Part shown: positions 12,535 through 22,722 of the stretch, piece by piece
Layout of the letters: each line of letters begins with the position of its first letter
How positions within the stretch are numbered: position 1 is the stretch's first letter
DNA from: Bacillota bacterium
GTDB lineage: Bacteria; Bacillota; Clostridia; Christensenellales; CAG-138
Direction of reading: 5' to 3'
Length of the DNA stretch: 47,043 nt
Assembly: GCA_016288175.1 (NCBI GenBank)
Contig: JAEEYN010000152.1
Coordinates: 1 to 47,043, forward strand
The notes under the pieces: generated by a model
Seen by the model: only the letters and a program-made list of their open reading frames with translations
Databases searched by the model: none
What the model was told of the DNA's origin: nothing
Translations under genes and position numbers: made by a program

Positions 12535-14562
12535 ATGGGTGAATTCAAAGTTGTTTCGCCGTTTGAACCCCGGGGCGATCAGCCGGAAGCGATCGAATCC
12601 CTTGCGGAAGGCGTTCTCAGGGGCGACAGGCTCCAGGTCCTTCTCGGCGTAACAGGTTCCGGCAAAACCTTCACAATGGCGAAACTTATCGAGCGCGTGC
12701 AGAAGCCGACGCTCGTGATTGCGCACAATAAAACGCTCGCAGCTCAGCTTTGTTCCGAATTCAGGGAGTTTTTCCCGAATAATGCAGTTGAATACTTTGT
12801 TTCGTATTACGACTATTATCAGCCCGAAGCTTATATCGCCACGACCGATACCTATATCGAGAAGACCGCCGATATCAATCAGGAGATCGACCGCCTTCGC
12901 CACAGCGCGACCTGTTCTCTGAACGAGAGGAGGGACGTTGTTATCGTCGCGTCCGTTTCCTGCATTTATGCTCTCGGAGATCCCGAAGAGTATCTGCGGA
13001 TGAGCATTTCGCTCCGCCCTGGGATGGAGATCAGCAGGGATGCGCTGCTTCGAAAACTTGTCGAGATCCAGTATCAGCGAAACGATATCGATTTCACGCG
13101 CGGCAATTTCCGCGTTCGCGGCGACATCGTCGAGGTATTCCCGATGCAGTTTTCGGACAAAGCGCTCCGGATCGAGTTTTTCGGCGATGAGATCGAAGCA
13201 ATAAGGGAGATCAACGCCGTCACGGGCGTTCCGTCAAGCAGCCTTGCGCACGCGATCATCTTCCCGGCAACGCATTATATGGCGGGCAGCGACAAACTCC
13301 ACAACGCGCTTGCAAATATCGAAAGCGATATGAATGCGCGGGTCGAAGAGCTCCGCTCGCAGAATAAGCTCGTTGAAGCGCAGCGTCTCGAGCAGCGCAC
13401 GCGTTACGATCTTGAGATGATCCGCGAGATCGGTTACTGTTCCGGTATCGAGAACTATTCGCGATATTTCGACGGACGAAAGCCCGGTCAGCCGCCGTAT
13501 ACGCTGCTTGATTTCATGGGCGATGATTTCCTTACGATCATCGACGAAAGTCATGCTACGATCCCGCAGATCCGGGCGATGTACAACGGCGACCGCGCCC
13601 GCAAGACCGAGCTTGTCGAATACGGTTTCCGTATCCCAAGCGCGTACGATAACCGTCCGCTCAAATTCGACGAATTCGAGCAGCGCGTCAAGCAGCTCGT
13701 CTGCGTCAGCGCGACGCCCGCAGAATATGAACTCTCCCGCGCCGAGAATATCGCCGAGCAGATCATCCGTCCGACAGGGCTTGTGGATCCGGAGATATTC
13801 GTCCGTCCTGTTCAGGGGCAGATCGATGATCTGATCGCAGAGATCCACAAAAACACCGCAAAAGGTTACCGCGTTCTCGCAACGACACTGACGAAACGGA
13901 TGGCGGAGATGCTGACGGAGCATCTTGATTCGATCGGGATCCGTGTCCGCTATATGCATTCCGATATTCAAACGATCGAGCGAATGGAGATCATCCGCGA
14001 CCTGCGGCTCGGTGAATTCGATGTGCTTGTCGGCATCAACCTTCTTCGCGAAGGTCTCGACCTTCCGGAAGTCGGTCTCGTTGCGATACTCGACGCCGAC
14101 AGAGAAGGTTTTCTGCGCTCAACAACATCGCTTATCCAGACTGTCGGCCGCGCAGCGCGCAACGTCGACGGCTGCGTGATCATGTATGCGGATGCTATTA
14201 CCGAATCCATGCGCGCAACGATCGAGGAGACCAACAGAAGGCGCAGCAAACAGCTTGCGTTCAATGAAGAGCACGGAATCACGCCGCAGAGCATCAAGAA
14301 AGCGGTCCACGGCATCATCGAGATCACTACGGCCGATACCGGTGTTTCAGCCGGCATGAGCGAAGAGGAGATCCGCAAAAAGATCGAGCTTATCACCGAT
14401 CAGATGCAGAAAGCCGCTATGGAACTCGATTTCGAGACAGCAGCAAAGCTTCGTGATGAACTGTTCAGACTAAAGGGTGAATCCCCGCAGGGAAAACCTT
14501 CCGGCATCAAGCCCGGCATGCCCGGAAGCACAAGGAAATCCCGCGGAAGGACCCGTAAATAA
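12535..14562 (+). CDS. uvrB: Excinuclease ABC subunit B
   Basis: 675 aa. Has [11 protein letters not shown]alker A, helicase motifs and the C-terminal UVR domain ([14 protein letters not shown]). Confidence 0.97.
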   Translation: MGEFKVVSPFEPRGDQPEAIESLAEGVLRGDRLQVLLGVTGSGKTFTMAKLIERVQKPTLVIAHNKTLAAQLCSEFREFFPNNAVEYFVSYYDYYQPEAYIATTDTYIEKTADINQEIDRLRHSATCSLNERRDVVIVASVSCIYALGDPEEYLRMSISLRPGMEISRDALLRKLVEIQYQRNDIDFTRGNFRVRGDIVEVFPMQFSDKALRIEFFGDEIEAIREINAVTGVPSSSLAHAIIFPATHYMAGSDKLHNALANIESDMNARVEELRSQNKLVEAQRLEQRTRYDLEMIREIGYCSGIENYSRYFDGRKPGQPPYTLLDFMGDDFLTIIDESHATIPQIRAMYNGDRARKTELVEYGFRIPSAYDNRPLKFDEFEQRVKQLVCVSATPAEYELSRAENIAEQIIRPTGLVDPEIFVRPVQGQIDDLIAEIHKNTAKGYRVLATTLTKRMAEMLTEHLDSIGIRVRYMHSDIQTIERMEIIRDLRLGEFDVLVGINLLREGLDLPEVGLVAILDADREGFLRSTTSLIQTVGRAARNVDGCVIMYADAITESMRATIEETNRRRSKQLAFNEEHGITPQSIKKAVHGIIEITTADTGVSAGMSEEEIRKKIELITDQMQKAAMELDFETAAKLRDELFRLKGESPQGKPSGIKPGMPGSTRKSRGRTRK

Positions 14563-14582
14563 CTCACAGCAATAACAGCAGC

Positions 14583-17417
14583 ATGAAGGACTACATCACA
14601 ATCAAAGGCGCAAGAGAGAACAATCTCAAGGATATCACTCTTTCTATCCCGCGCAATAAACTGATCGTATTCACCGGCCTTTCCGGCTCCGGCAAATCTT
14701 CGCTTGCGTTCGAGACCATCTTTGCCGAAGGTCAGCGGCGCTATGTCGAATCGCTCTCTTCATATGCCCGTCAGTTCCTCGGGCAAATGGACAAACCAGA
14801 TGTCGATTACATCGAAGGTCTTTCTCCCGCCGTCTCGATCGACCAGAAAAGCACATCCAACAACCCGCGTTCGACCGTCGGCACGGTTACTGAGATCAAC
14901 GATTATCTCCGTCTCCTTTTCGCGCGGATCGGCGTTCCGCACTGCCCGAAATGCGGTCGTGTTATAACAAGGCAGAGCATCGATCAGGTCGTCGATCAGA
15001 TCCTGCGCATGCCGGCCGGAACAAAGTTCCAGATCGTCGCTCCGGTGATCCGTGGCATCAAAGGCGAGCACGTTAAGCTTCTCGAAAGGATCCGCAAGGA
15101 CGGCTACGTCCGCGTCAAGATCGATGGCGAAACTTATGATATCAGCGAGCTTCCGGCGCTCGATAAAAACAAAAAGCACAATATAGATGTTATTGTCGAC
15201 CGTCTTGTGATCAAAGACGGCATTCAGATGCGCCTTACCGATTCGCTCGAAACTGCTTTTGCTCTCGGCAGCGGCCTTGCCAAAGCGGATATCATCGGCG
15301 GGGAAGAGCAGCTTTTTTCGCAGAATTACGCCTGTCCCGACTGCGGCATAAACATAGAAGAGCTTACGCCGAGAATGTTCTCTTTCAACAATCCCTACGG
15401 AGCATGTCCCGCGTGCACCGGCCTCGGTTTTCAGGAAAAGATCGATGTTTCCCTCGTTGTCGGCGAGCCCGATAAATCCCTGCTTGACGGCGCGGTCTCG
15501 GTGATGGGATGGGGGAGCGGCAACCCGACGAGCGATAACAGCATGCGGCTGATGTATTACAAAGCGCTTGCAAAAGAGTATGATTTCGACATCAGCACGC
15601 CGTGGAACGAACTTCCGGAATCGGTGCGCGATGTGATCCTTTATGGCTCAAAAGGAAAGAAGATCCTGATCGAATACTCGCGCGATTTCGGCAGCGGCAG
15701 TTTTCTTGCGCCGTTCGAAGGCATCATACCGAGCATTGAGCGTCGTTATAACGAGACGCAGTCCGAAACAATGAAGGACGCGTATCGCGAATACATCAAG
15801 CAAGTGCCATGTCCCGTATGCGGCGGCAAGCGTCTTAAACCGGAAGTGCTTTCGGTTACAGTCAACGAAAAATCGATCGCCGATGTCTGCGATATGCCCA
15901 TCCTCGAGATCATCGATTTTCTGAATTCGATCAAGCTTTCCGAAGCCGAAAAGATCATTGCTTCGAGGATATTCAAAGAGCTCACGGCACGGCTGCGATT
16001 CCTTGTCGACGTCGGTCTCGATTACCTGACGCTTTCGCGCTCCGCGTCTTCTCTTTCCGGCGGCGAAGCGCAGCGCATCCGTCTTGCAACGCAGATAGGT
16101 TCCGGTCTTGTCGGAGTTCTCTATATTCTCGACGAGCCGAGCATCGGCCTCCATCAGCACGACAACGCAAAGCTTATCGCAACGCTTAAGGGACTGCGAG
16201 ACCTCGGGAATACGCTCATTGTCGTTGAACATGACGAAGAAACAATGCGCAGTGCCGATCATATCGTCGACATCGGTCCCGGTCCGGGCGTTCACGGCGG
16301 CCAGGTCGTCGCTCAGGGAACTGTTGAGGATATCATGGCCGTTCCCGAATCGATCACCGGTCAATTCCTCAGCGGAAAAAGGAAGATCGCGATCCCCGAA
16401 ACGCGCAGAAAACCCGAAGAAGGCCATTGGCTTAAAGTTTACGGCTGCCGCGAAAACAATCTGCAGAACATCGATGTTGAGATCCCGCTCGGTGTATTCA
16501 CCTGCGTAACTGGCGTTTCCGGCTCCGGAAAATCCAGCCTTATCAACCAGATCGTCAAAAATACGCTCCTTCGGAAGCTCAACAAAGCGCATACGACTTC
16601 GGGCGATTTCGATTCGATGAGCGGCACCGAATACCTTGATAAAGTCATCGACATCGACCAGTCTCCGATCGGAAGAACGCCTCGCAGCAACCCGGCGACT
16701 TATACTGGAGTTTTTGACCTCATCCGTGAAGTGTTCGCCATGACGCCCGACGCCAAAATGCGCGGTTACAGCAACGGAAGATTCAGCTTTAATGTTAAAG
16801 GCGGGCGTTGCGAATCCTGCCGCGGAGATGGTATAATAAAGATTGAGATGCATTTCCTGCCCGATGTTTATGTTCCCTGCGAAGTCTGCGGCGGGAAACG
16901 CTATAACCGCGAAACGCTCGAAGTTCGCTACCGCGGTCAGTCTATCGCCGACGTTCTTGATATGACTGTCGAGCAGGCGCTCGAATTCTTTGCTCCGCTG
17001 CCGCGGATCGCAAAGAAACTGCAGGCGCTCTATGATGTCGGCCTCGGTTACATCAAGCTCGGTCAGTCATCGACAACGCTTTCCGGAGGCGAGGCGCAGC
17101 GCGTCAAGCTCGCAACCGAACTCGCGCGCCGCGATACGGGCCGAACGATCTACATCCTCGACGAACCGACGACGGGCCTTCATTCGGCGGACGTTGAAAA
17201 ACTGCTCACGATACTGCAGCGGCTCTGCTCATCCGGAAGCACCGTTGTTGTGATCGAGCATAATCTCGACGTGATAAAGACGGCAGATTATATCATCGAC
17301 CTCGGACCGGATGGGGGAGTGCGCGGCGGAAAAGTGATCGCCAAAGGCACCCCCGAGGAAGTTGCCGAATGCCCCGGAAGCTATACCGGCGAATATCTTA
17401 AAGAAATACTGAAATGA
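14583..17417 (+). CDS. uvrA: Excinuclease ABC subunit A
   Basis: 944 aa. Has two ABC modules ([22 protein letters not shown], two LSGGEAQR signatures) and Zn modules ([18 protein letters not shown]...CEVCGGKR). Confidence 0.97.
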   Translation: MKDYITIKGARENNLKDITLSIPRNKLIVFTGLSGSGKSSLAFETIFAEGQRRYVESLSSYARQFLGQMDKPDVDYIEGLSPAVSIDQKSTSNNPRSTVGTVTEINDYLRLLFARIGVPHCPKCGRVITRQSIDQVVDQILRMPAGTKFQIVAPVIRGIKGEHVKLLERIRKDGYVRVKIDGETYDISELPALDKNKKHNIDVIVDRLVIKDGIQMRLTDSLETAFALGSGLAKADIIGGEEQLFSQNYACPDCGINIEELTPRMFSFNNPYGACPACTGLGFQEKIDVSLVVGEPDKSLLDGAVSVMGWGSGNPTSDNSMRLMYYKALAKEYDFDISTPWNELPESVRDVILYGSKGKKILIEYSRDFGSGSFLAPFEGIIPSIERRYNETQSETMKDAYREYIKQVPCPVCGGKRLKPEVLSVTVNEKSIADVCDMPILEIIDFLNSIKLSEAEKIIASRIFKELTARLRFLVDVGLDYLTLSRSASSLSGGEAQRIRLATQIGSGLVGVLYILDEPSIGLHQHDNAKLIATLKGLRDLGNTLIVVEHDEETMRSADHIVDIGPGPGVHGGQVVAQGTVEDIMAVPESITGQFLSGKRKIAIPETRRKPEEGHWLKVYGCRENNLQNIDVEIPLGVFTCVTGVSGSGKSSLINQIVKNTLLRKLNKAHTTSGDFDSMSGTEYLDKVIDIDQSPIGRTPRSNPATYTGVFDLIREVFAMTPDAKMRGYSNGRFSFNVKGGRCESCRGDGIIKIEMHFLPDVYVPCEVCGGKRYNRETLEVRYRGQSIADVLDMTVEQALEFFAPLPRIAKKLQALYDVGLGYIKLGQSSTTLSGGEAQRVKLATELARRDTGRTIYILDEPTTGLHSADVEKLLTILQRLCSSGSTVVVIEHNLDVIKTADYIIDLGPDGGVRGGKVIAKGTPEEVAECPGSYTGEYLKEILK

Positions 17418-17442
17418 TTCCCACTTGACATAAGGAGGACTT

Positions 17443-18201
17443 ATGGCTGACAACATTATGCATACATGGTATGATGCGGCGAAGAAGCGCGTTTCCGTCC
17501 GCAGTTACTCCGCACCGATCGACAGGGACATGTTCTATGTTCTGAAATCCGCGGCGATGAAGCTCTGCAATGATGAAGCCCGAATCGATCTTCGCGCAAA
17601 AAACGGAGTGCTCGGCAAGATCCCCGTGCTTTCCGCTGTAATCGGCGGAGTCGACGGCACCAACTGCTTTGCTGCCATCATCGTTAAGAAAGGCTGCGAA
17701 TACATGGGCGGGTACATCGGCGAAGCGTTCATCCTCGAATGCGTTTCCCGCGGACTTGCAACCTGCTGGCTCGGAGCCACCTATAAGAAAAAGGCTGTCA
17801 AAGAAATCGTCGAAATGCTCGATGATGAAAAGCTTATCGGCATTATCGCAATCGGCAAATGCGATCAGCTTCCCGAAAACGGTCCGAGAAAAAGCATTGA
17901 ACAGCTCACCGGCGTTACACCCGAAGATTTCCAGAAACTTCCGCAGTGGCAGCAGGAAGCCGCAAAAATGGCAAGGATCGCGCCCTCCGCGAGGAACTGT
18001 CAGCCCTGGGAGCTCGAGATCAAGCCCGGTTCGATCCGCCTTATCTGCAATTCCGATAACTTCGGCTACGGCGCGATCGACTGCGGTATCGCAATGCTGC
18101 ATATTGAGCTCGGAGCGGCAAAATGCGGTGTTTACGGCGATTGGCAGTTCCGGGAGATGGACAAGCTTTTCGTGCCGTTCGATATTCCCGAGAATACCTG
18201 A
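17443..18201 (+). CDS. Nitroreductase-superfamily protein (possibly the TM1586-like subgroup)
   Basis: 252 aa. Has RVSVRSY near the N-terminus and APSARNCQPW at about residue 185, both nitroreductase-type signatures. AAGGAGGA RBS. Confidence 0.6.
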   Translation: MADNIMHTWYDAAKKRVSVRSYSAPIDRDMFYVLKSAAMKLCNDEARIDLRAKNGVLGKIPVLSAVIGGVDGTNCFAAIIVKKGCEYMGGYIGEAFILECVSRGLATCWLGATYKKKAVKEIVEMLDDEKLIGIIAIGKCDQLPENGPRKSIEQLTGVTPEDFQKLPQWQQEAAKMARIAPSARNCQPWELEIKPGSIRLICNSDNFGYGAIDCGIAMLHIELGAAKCGVYGDWQFREMDKLFVPFDIPENT

Positions 18202-18230
18202 TCAGCCTTCAAACAATATAATATATAATA

Positions 18231-18746
18231 ATGAAGCATGTGATAATTTACACCGACGGCGCGTGCTCGGTAAATCCCGGTGTCGGCGGTTGGGGCGCGG
18301 TTCTGATCTACGGCAAACGCCGGCGCGAGCTTTCCGGTTCCGAGGCTCAGACCACGAACAACAGAATGGAACTGACTGCCGTGATCGAGGCCGTCAAAGC
18401 ACTGAATCAGCCGTGCGAGATCGATGTGTTTACGGACAGCAGCTATGTCTGCAATGCGTTCAAAAACGGCTGGATCTGGAACTGGCTCAGAAACGGCTGG
18501 AAGACCGCGAATAAACATCCGGTCGAAAATCAGGATCTTTGGCAGGAATTGCTTGCATGCTTAAAGATCCATAAAGTCAACTGGAATAAAGTCAAAGGTC
18601 ACGCGGACAACGAATACAATAATCGCTGCGATAAACTTGCGACGACCGCGGTTGCCGAGCTGAAAAAGAAAATCGAAACCGAAAAGCAGGAACGCGCAAA
18701 AGATTCAAAGAACAAAAGCGATGAATCCGGCGCTGAAACGGTTTGA
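18231..18746 (+). CDS. rnhA: Ribonuclease HI with a Lys/Glu-rich C-terminal tail
   Basis: 171 aa. Has IYTDGAC, TNNRMELTAV, TDSSYV and KVKGHADNEYNNRCDKLA, which give the DEDD catalytic pattern of RNase H1. Confidence 0.9.
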   Translation: MKHVIIYTDGACSVNPGVGGWGAVLIYGKRRRELSGSEAQTTNNRMELTAVIEAVKALNQPCEIDVFTDSSYVCNAFKNGWIWNWLRNGWKTANKHPVENQDLWQELLACLKIHKVNWNKVKGHADNEYNNRCDKLATTAVAELKKKIETEKQERAKDSKNKSDESGAETV

Positions 18747-18813
18747 GCCAAGGATGCCCAAACTAGGCCGAAAGCATCCGGACAAAAAAATATATTACTG
18801 TTATTCCGTATTC

Positions 18814-18847
18814 AACTATTCGCAAAACTTGTCTTTTGCGAATAGTT
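18814..18847. repeat. Perfect 14-bp inverted repeat with a 6-nt spacer (AACTATTCGCAAAA-cttgtc-TTTTGCGAATAGTT)
   Basis: Read directly from the sequence. It lies between rnhA and the Xer-type recombinase gene and overlaps that gene's predicted -35 and spacer. Confidence 0.9.
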
Positions 18848-18857
18848 ATGTTATAAT
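18829..18857 (+). promoter_or_regulatory. Sigma-A-type promoter for the tyrosine recombinase gene (TTGTCT-17 nt-TATAAT)
   Basis: -35 TTGTCT at 18829-18834, a 17-nt spacer, and -10 TATAAT at 18852-18857. It sits about 45 nt upstream of ATG 18904. Confidence 0.55.
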
Positions 18858-18903
18858 GAAAGAGGTGTCTCCCACCGCATTTCCGAACTCTTCCGGAGGT
18901 TTT

Positions 18904-20052
18904 ATGAGTGATGACTATACGGCCGAACGCTCGCGCATTTATACGCTTAAGCTGCGCGAAGTTCTCAGCGAGCTGCCATCCGTCTGCAGCGAATTCTTCA
19001 GAGGCATCGAAACGACCACTACGCCGCTGACACGTTACGGTTATGCGCTCGACCTTCGGCTTTTCATGCGATACTTGATCTGCACGGACCTTTGCAAAAA
19101 CGTTGAGTCGATCAAGGCGATCGATTATCGGATACTCGATTCCGTAACGCCCGATATTGTTGAAGGTTTTCTCGAATATATATCGCTTTATCCCGAAGAG
19201 AATTCCGATGCGGACAGTTCGGCCGATGTCAGCGCCGTTTTCGTTTCAAACGGCGAGCGCGGCAAAGCGAGAAAGCTCTCTTCCCTGCGTGCATTCTATA
19301 AGTATTTGTATAAAAAGGGACGCATCAACTCCAACGCTCCGTCGCTTGTCGACGCTCCGAAACTTCACGAGAAAAGCATAATCCGTCTTGAGCCGGATGA
19401 GATCGCAAAGCTGCTCGATCTTGTTGACAACGGCGAAGGGCTCACCGACGCCCAGAAGCGTTACCATAACCAAACAAAAATCCGCGACGCTGCGATCGTT
19501 ACGCTTTTCCTCGGCACCGGGATGCGTATCAGCGAGCTTGTCAGCATCAATACCGATGACATCGATTTCGAACAAAACGAAGTCCGGATCGTCCGCAAAG
19601 GCGGTAATCAGGATATCCTCGTTTTCGGCAGCGAAGTTCGCAGCGCGCTGATCGATTACAAGCTCCGCCGGGACGGAACGGAAACAGCGCCGGGTCACGA
19701 AAAAGCGTTCTTCCTTTCAATGCAAAGGAAGCGAATCACAGTGCGTGCCGTTGAACAGCTTGTTAAGAAGTATGCTCAGCTTGCGGCTCCTCTCAAAAAA
19801 ATCTCCCCGCATAAGCTTCGCAGCACATACGGTACTTCACTTTATCGTGAGACCGGCGATATTTATCTCGTTGCGGATGTGCTCGGCCATAAGGACGTCA
19901 ACACGACCAGAAAGCACTATGCCGCGCTTGCGCAGGAACGCCGCAGGACCGCTGCCGAGGTCATCAAGCTGCGTGAGGATCCCGCCGTTCCCGATCTTGA
20001 AGCAAAAACAGAAGCCGTTCCCGATCATGGAAACGGCTCCGATGAGAATTGA
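18904..20052 (+). CDS. Site-specific tyrosine recombinase, XerC/XerD-like
   Basis: The ORF track starts at 18721 and overlaps rnhA. GGAGG precedes ATG 18904 (MSDDYTAERS...). Catalytic set: GTGMRISE (Arg), HKLRSTYGT (His-x-x-Arg), LGHKDVNTTRKHY (His...Tyr). About 382 aa. Confidence 0.85.
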   Translation: MSDDYTAERSRIYTLKLREVLSELPSVCSEFFRGIETTTTPLTRYGYALDLRLFMRYLICTDLCKNVESIKAIDYRILDSVTPDIVEGFLEYISLYPEENSDADSSADVSAVFVSNGERGKARKLSSLRAFYKYLYKKGRINSNAPSLVDAPKLHEKSIIRLEPDEIAKLLDLVDNGEGLTDAQKRYHNQTKIRDAAIVTLFLGTGMRISELVSINTDDIDFEQNEVRIVRKGGNQDILVFGSEVRSALIDYKLRRDGTETAPGHEKAFFLSMQRKRITVRAVEQLVKKYAQLAAPLKKISPHKLRSTYGTSLYRETGDIYLVADVLGHKDVNTTRKHYAALAQERRRTAAEVIKLREDPAVPDLEAKTEAVPDHGNGSDEN

Positions 20053-20059
20053 TCTATTA

Positions 20060-20482
20060 TTACCTGTGCCGGCGTTTTCTTGAACCGTGCAGACCGATCT
20101 CCGGTTCGCTGACGTCCGGCGCTTCGTTTTTCTGCTCTTCTTCCTCGTATTTCCGAAGGATCTCATCCCATTTTGCGGCAAGCTCGGGGTCGACTTCAAG
20201 CGGCTCCGGGATCCTGAGGTCGATCGGTTCATCAAGAAATGCATTCAGCGCTTTTTCTTCATCCGTAAGCTCTTCATCATCAAAGAACTCTTCCTCGGAT
20301 CCGGGATCGGCTTTACCATAAATATCATCCGCGTTCAGAATAACGCTCTGGAATTCGTCGTCCTCGCCTTTTCGAAGACATTTGCCGCAGTTATCGCAGA
20401 TCTTGTTCGGATCGAGGTCGCAGCGCATGCATTCGCCGCAATCGTTACAGATCTTTCCGTCATAAAGAATACATTTTTTCAT
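20060..20482 (-). CDS. Hypothetical protein: N-terminal duplicated Cys4 module (8 Cys in 32 residues) plus a long acidic tail and a basic C-terminus
   Basis: 140 aa. Pattern C4-x7-C-x2-C-x2-C, then C21-x7-C-x2-C-x2-C (KICNDCGEC / KICDNCGKC), followed by a D/E-rich region ending in RKRRHR. GGAGAGG RBS. The start is 1 nt after the ynbB-like stop. Confidence 0.6.
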   Translation of the reverse strand: MKKCILYDGKICNDCGECMRCDLDPNKICDNCGKCLRKGEDDEFQSVILNADDIYGKADPGSEEEFFDDEELTDEEKALNAFLDEPIDLRIPEPLEVDPELAAKWDEILRKYEEEEQKNEAPDVSEPEIGLHGSRKRRHR

Positions 20483-20483
20483 A

Positions 20484-21767
20484 TTACCTCTCCCCTGCCC
20501 CTTTAAGCACAGTCAGCACTTTCATTACCGCAAGTCGGCCATGCGCATATGTCAAGCCTCCCTGAACATAGCCGGTGTACGGCTCACGGATAGGCGCATC
20601 CGCCGAAAGTTCGATCGACGAACCTTGAATAAAAGCTCCGGCAGCCATGATCACTTCGCTCTGATATCCCGGCATCGCGTACGGTTCCGGAACAACATGG
20701 CTGTCCACCGGCGAAACCGACTGGATACAGCGGCAGAAATCGATCAATTCTTCCTTTGTATTGAATCTCAGCGCCTGAACAATATCGCTTCTTTCGGCAG
20801 TGCTTGCAGGCATTGTCGGAAATCCGAGCGCTTCAAAGGCTTTGGCGAAAAGCGCGCTTGTTTTGAGGCTCTGCGCAACGACATGCGGCCCATTGAAAAG
20901 GCCCTGATAGAACGGCAGATAGCTGCCGAAATACGATCCCGCTTCCCTGCCGATCCCCGGCACTGTCAGACGGTTTGAGATGCGGTCGACGACCGTACGC
21001 TTTCCCGCGTAATAACCGCCTGTCGGGGCAAGTCCTCCGCCCGGATTCTTGATCAGCGAACCGACAATGATATCTGCTCCGCATTCAAGAGGTTCGATCG
21101 TCTGCGTAAACTCGCCGTAGCAGTTATCGACGGCAATGACCGTGTCTGGAGAGACGCTTTTGATCAGTTCGAAGACCGGTTTCATTTTCGAAGGAAGGAT
21201 CGCTTCCCTCCATGCATAACCTCTTGAACGTTGAACATGCACAAGCTTCGGTTTCAGCTCGGTAACCTTTTTTTCGATCGCATCAAGATCGAATTCTCCG
21301 TTTGGCAGCAAGTCGACTTTATCGTACTTGATTCCATACTCGCGCAGCGAGCCTTCCGCGTCGCCCTCGATCCCGATAGCCTCGACGAGCGTATCGTACG
21401 GCTGTCCGGAAACGGCGATAAGCGTATCGCCCGGAAGCAGCAGCCCCGCAAGCACGCAGTAGATAGCATGGGTCCCTGAAATCAGAAGCGGGCTTACAAC
21501 AGCGGCTTCGGCTCCGAAACAATCCGCAAAAACTTTATCAAGCCCTTCCCTGCCGACATCGTCGTAACCGTAGCCCGTGCTCGGATTGAAATGATGCGCC
21601 GCGATGCGGTTCTTCAAAAAGGCGCCGAGCACTTTCGCTTCGTTTGCTGCCTCTGTGCTTTCTATTTTCGCGAACACCTCTGCAAGCTCGTTTTCAAGCT
21701 TACTGACGGTATTGTATGCTTCCTCGGATATCCCGAGCATTTTATAATGATTACTGTACATTTTCAC
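20484..21767 (-). CDS. Methionine gamma-lyase family / aluminium-resistance (YnbB-like) PLP protein
   Basis: 427 aa with the motif SLIKNPGGG (PLP-Lys context) typical of the YnbB family. The start is ambiguous: GTG at 21767 or ATG at 21761, the latter preceded by AAGGTGA. Confidence 0.8.
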   Translation of the reverse strand: MKMYSNHYKMLGISEEAYNTVSKLENELAEVFAKIESTEAANEAKVLGAFLKNRIAAHHFNPSTGYGYDDVGREGLDKVFADCFGAEAAVVSPLLISGTHAIYCVLAGLLLPGDTLIAVSGQPYDTLVEAIGIEGDAEGSLREYGIKYDKVDLLPNGEFDLDAIEKKVTELKPKLVHVQRSRGYAWREAILPSKMKPVFELIKSVSPDTVIAVDNCYGEFTQTIEPLECGADIIVGSLIKNPGGGLAPTGGYYAGKRTVVDRISNRLTVPGIGREAGSYFGSYLPFYQGLFNGPHVVAQSLKTSALFAKAFEALGFPTMPASTAERSDIVQALRFNTKEELIDFCRCIQSVSPVDSHVVPEPYAMPGYQSEVIMAAGAFIQGSSIELSADAPIREPYTGYVQGGLTYAHGRLAVMKVLTVLKGAGER

Positions 21768-21768
21768 C

Positions 21769-22722
21769 TTAATTATTCAGTTCCCCTAAAAAATAATCCT
21801 TTATTCTTTCGGCAATTTCCGGCTCGTCTGCGCTGAACCAGCGTATGCGCTTATCGCGTTTGAACCAGCTTATCTGCCGCTTTGCGAAGCGCCTTGTGTC
21901 GCGCTTTATCAACTCGACCGCCTCGTCGAGCGATACTTCGCCTTTGCGGTACATAATAAGCTGTTTATAGCCGAGACCCTGCAGCGCGGGAAGGTCGGAA
22001 GCATAGCCTTTTTCGATTATGCTGTCGACTTCATCGAGAAGACCCGCTTCCATCATCATATCGATACGCTTCTCGATGCGCCGATAGAGTCTCGCTCTGT
22101 CCATCGTGATCCCCGCGATAACCGGGTCGAACGCGATCGTTTCTCCCCGTTCGTTTGCAAAATCGCCGCCGTGCGCGGAAAGAGTGCTGCCGGTTTTTTC
22201 GAAGACCTCGATTGCCCGGATGATGCGTTTCGTATCGTTCGGATGCAGCCTCTCCGCCGAATCCGGATCGAATGAAGCAAGCATTCCGTGAAGAACTCCG
22301 GGTGAGTTTTGTTCAAGCTGCTCAAGCTCCGCTCTTCTTTCAAAATCCGGCTCGGCCTGCGAAAAGTTGAGGGGGTAAATCAGGGAATTGACGTAAAGTC
22401 CCGTACCGCCTACGATCAGAACATTCTTTCCCCTGCTCTGTATCTCCCCGATTTTCTTTATTGCAAGCTCGCGGAAAACGGAAACATTGAACGATGTATC
22501 GTCAATATCCGCAAAGTCAAGCAGATGATGCGGCACGCCGTCCATTTCTTCCGCCGACGGTTTCGCAGAACCGATATCGAGGCCTTTGTACACCTGGATC
22601 GAATCAGCGGAGATTATCTCCGCGTTTATCCTTTTGGCGGTTGTGATCGACGCCGCGGTTTTGCCGCTCGCTGTCGGTCCGACTATGAGGAAAATTTTCG
22701 GCTTTGTCTCTCCGGCCATCAC
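21769..22722 (-). CDS. miaA: tRNA dimethylallyltransferase
   Basis: About 316 aa with P-loop GPTASGKT, SADSIQVYKGLDIGSAKP and QRTLRxFAKRQ-type RRFAKRQISWF. The start is GTG 22722 (GTGA overlap with the mutL stop) or ATG 22719. Confidence 0.94.
   Translation of the reverse strand: MMAGETKPKIFLIVGPTASGKTAASITTAKRINAEIISADSIQVYKGLDIGSAKPSAEEMDGVPHHLLDFADIDDTSFNVSVFRELAIKKIGEIQSRGKNVLIVGGTGLYVNSLIYPLNFSQAEPDFERRAELEQLEQNSPGVLHGMLASFDPDSAERLHPNDTKRIIRAIEVFEKTGSTLSAHGGDFANERGETIAFDPVIAGITMDRARLYRRIEKRIDMMMEAGLLDEVDSIIEKGYASDLPALQGLGYKQLIMYRKGEVSLDEAVELIKRDTRRFAKRQISWFKRDKRIRWFSADEPEIAERIKDYFLGELNN

Noticed and set aside
18721-18903. An N-terminal extension of the Xer-type recombinase ORF that overlaps the end of rnhA and runs through the palindrome and promoter.
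   Set aside because: It contains the predicted promoter and inverted repeat. ATG 18904 has a GGAGG RBS and gives a normal-length N-terminal core-binding domain.
21769-22722. hfq downstream of miaA, which is absent here.
   Set aside because: Absence from this locus is not evidence of absence from the genome, and no degraded Sm-motif ORF is visible. It is noted only as context for the Cys-rich ORF finding.
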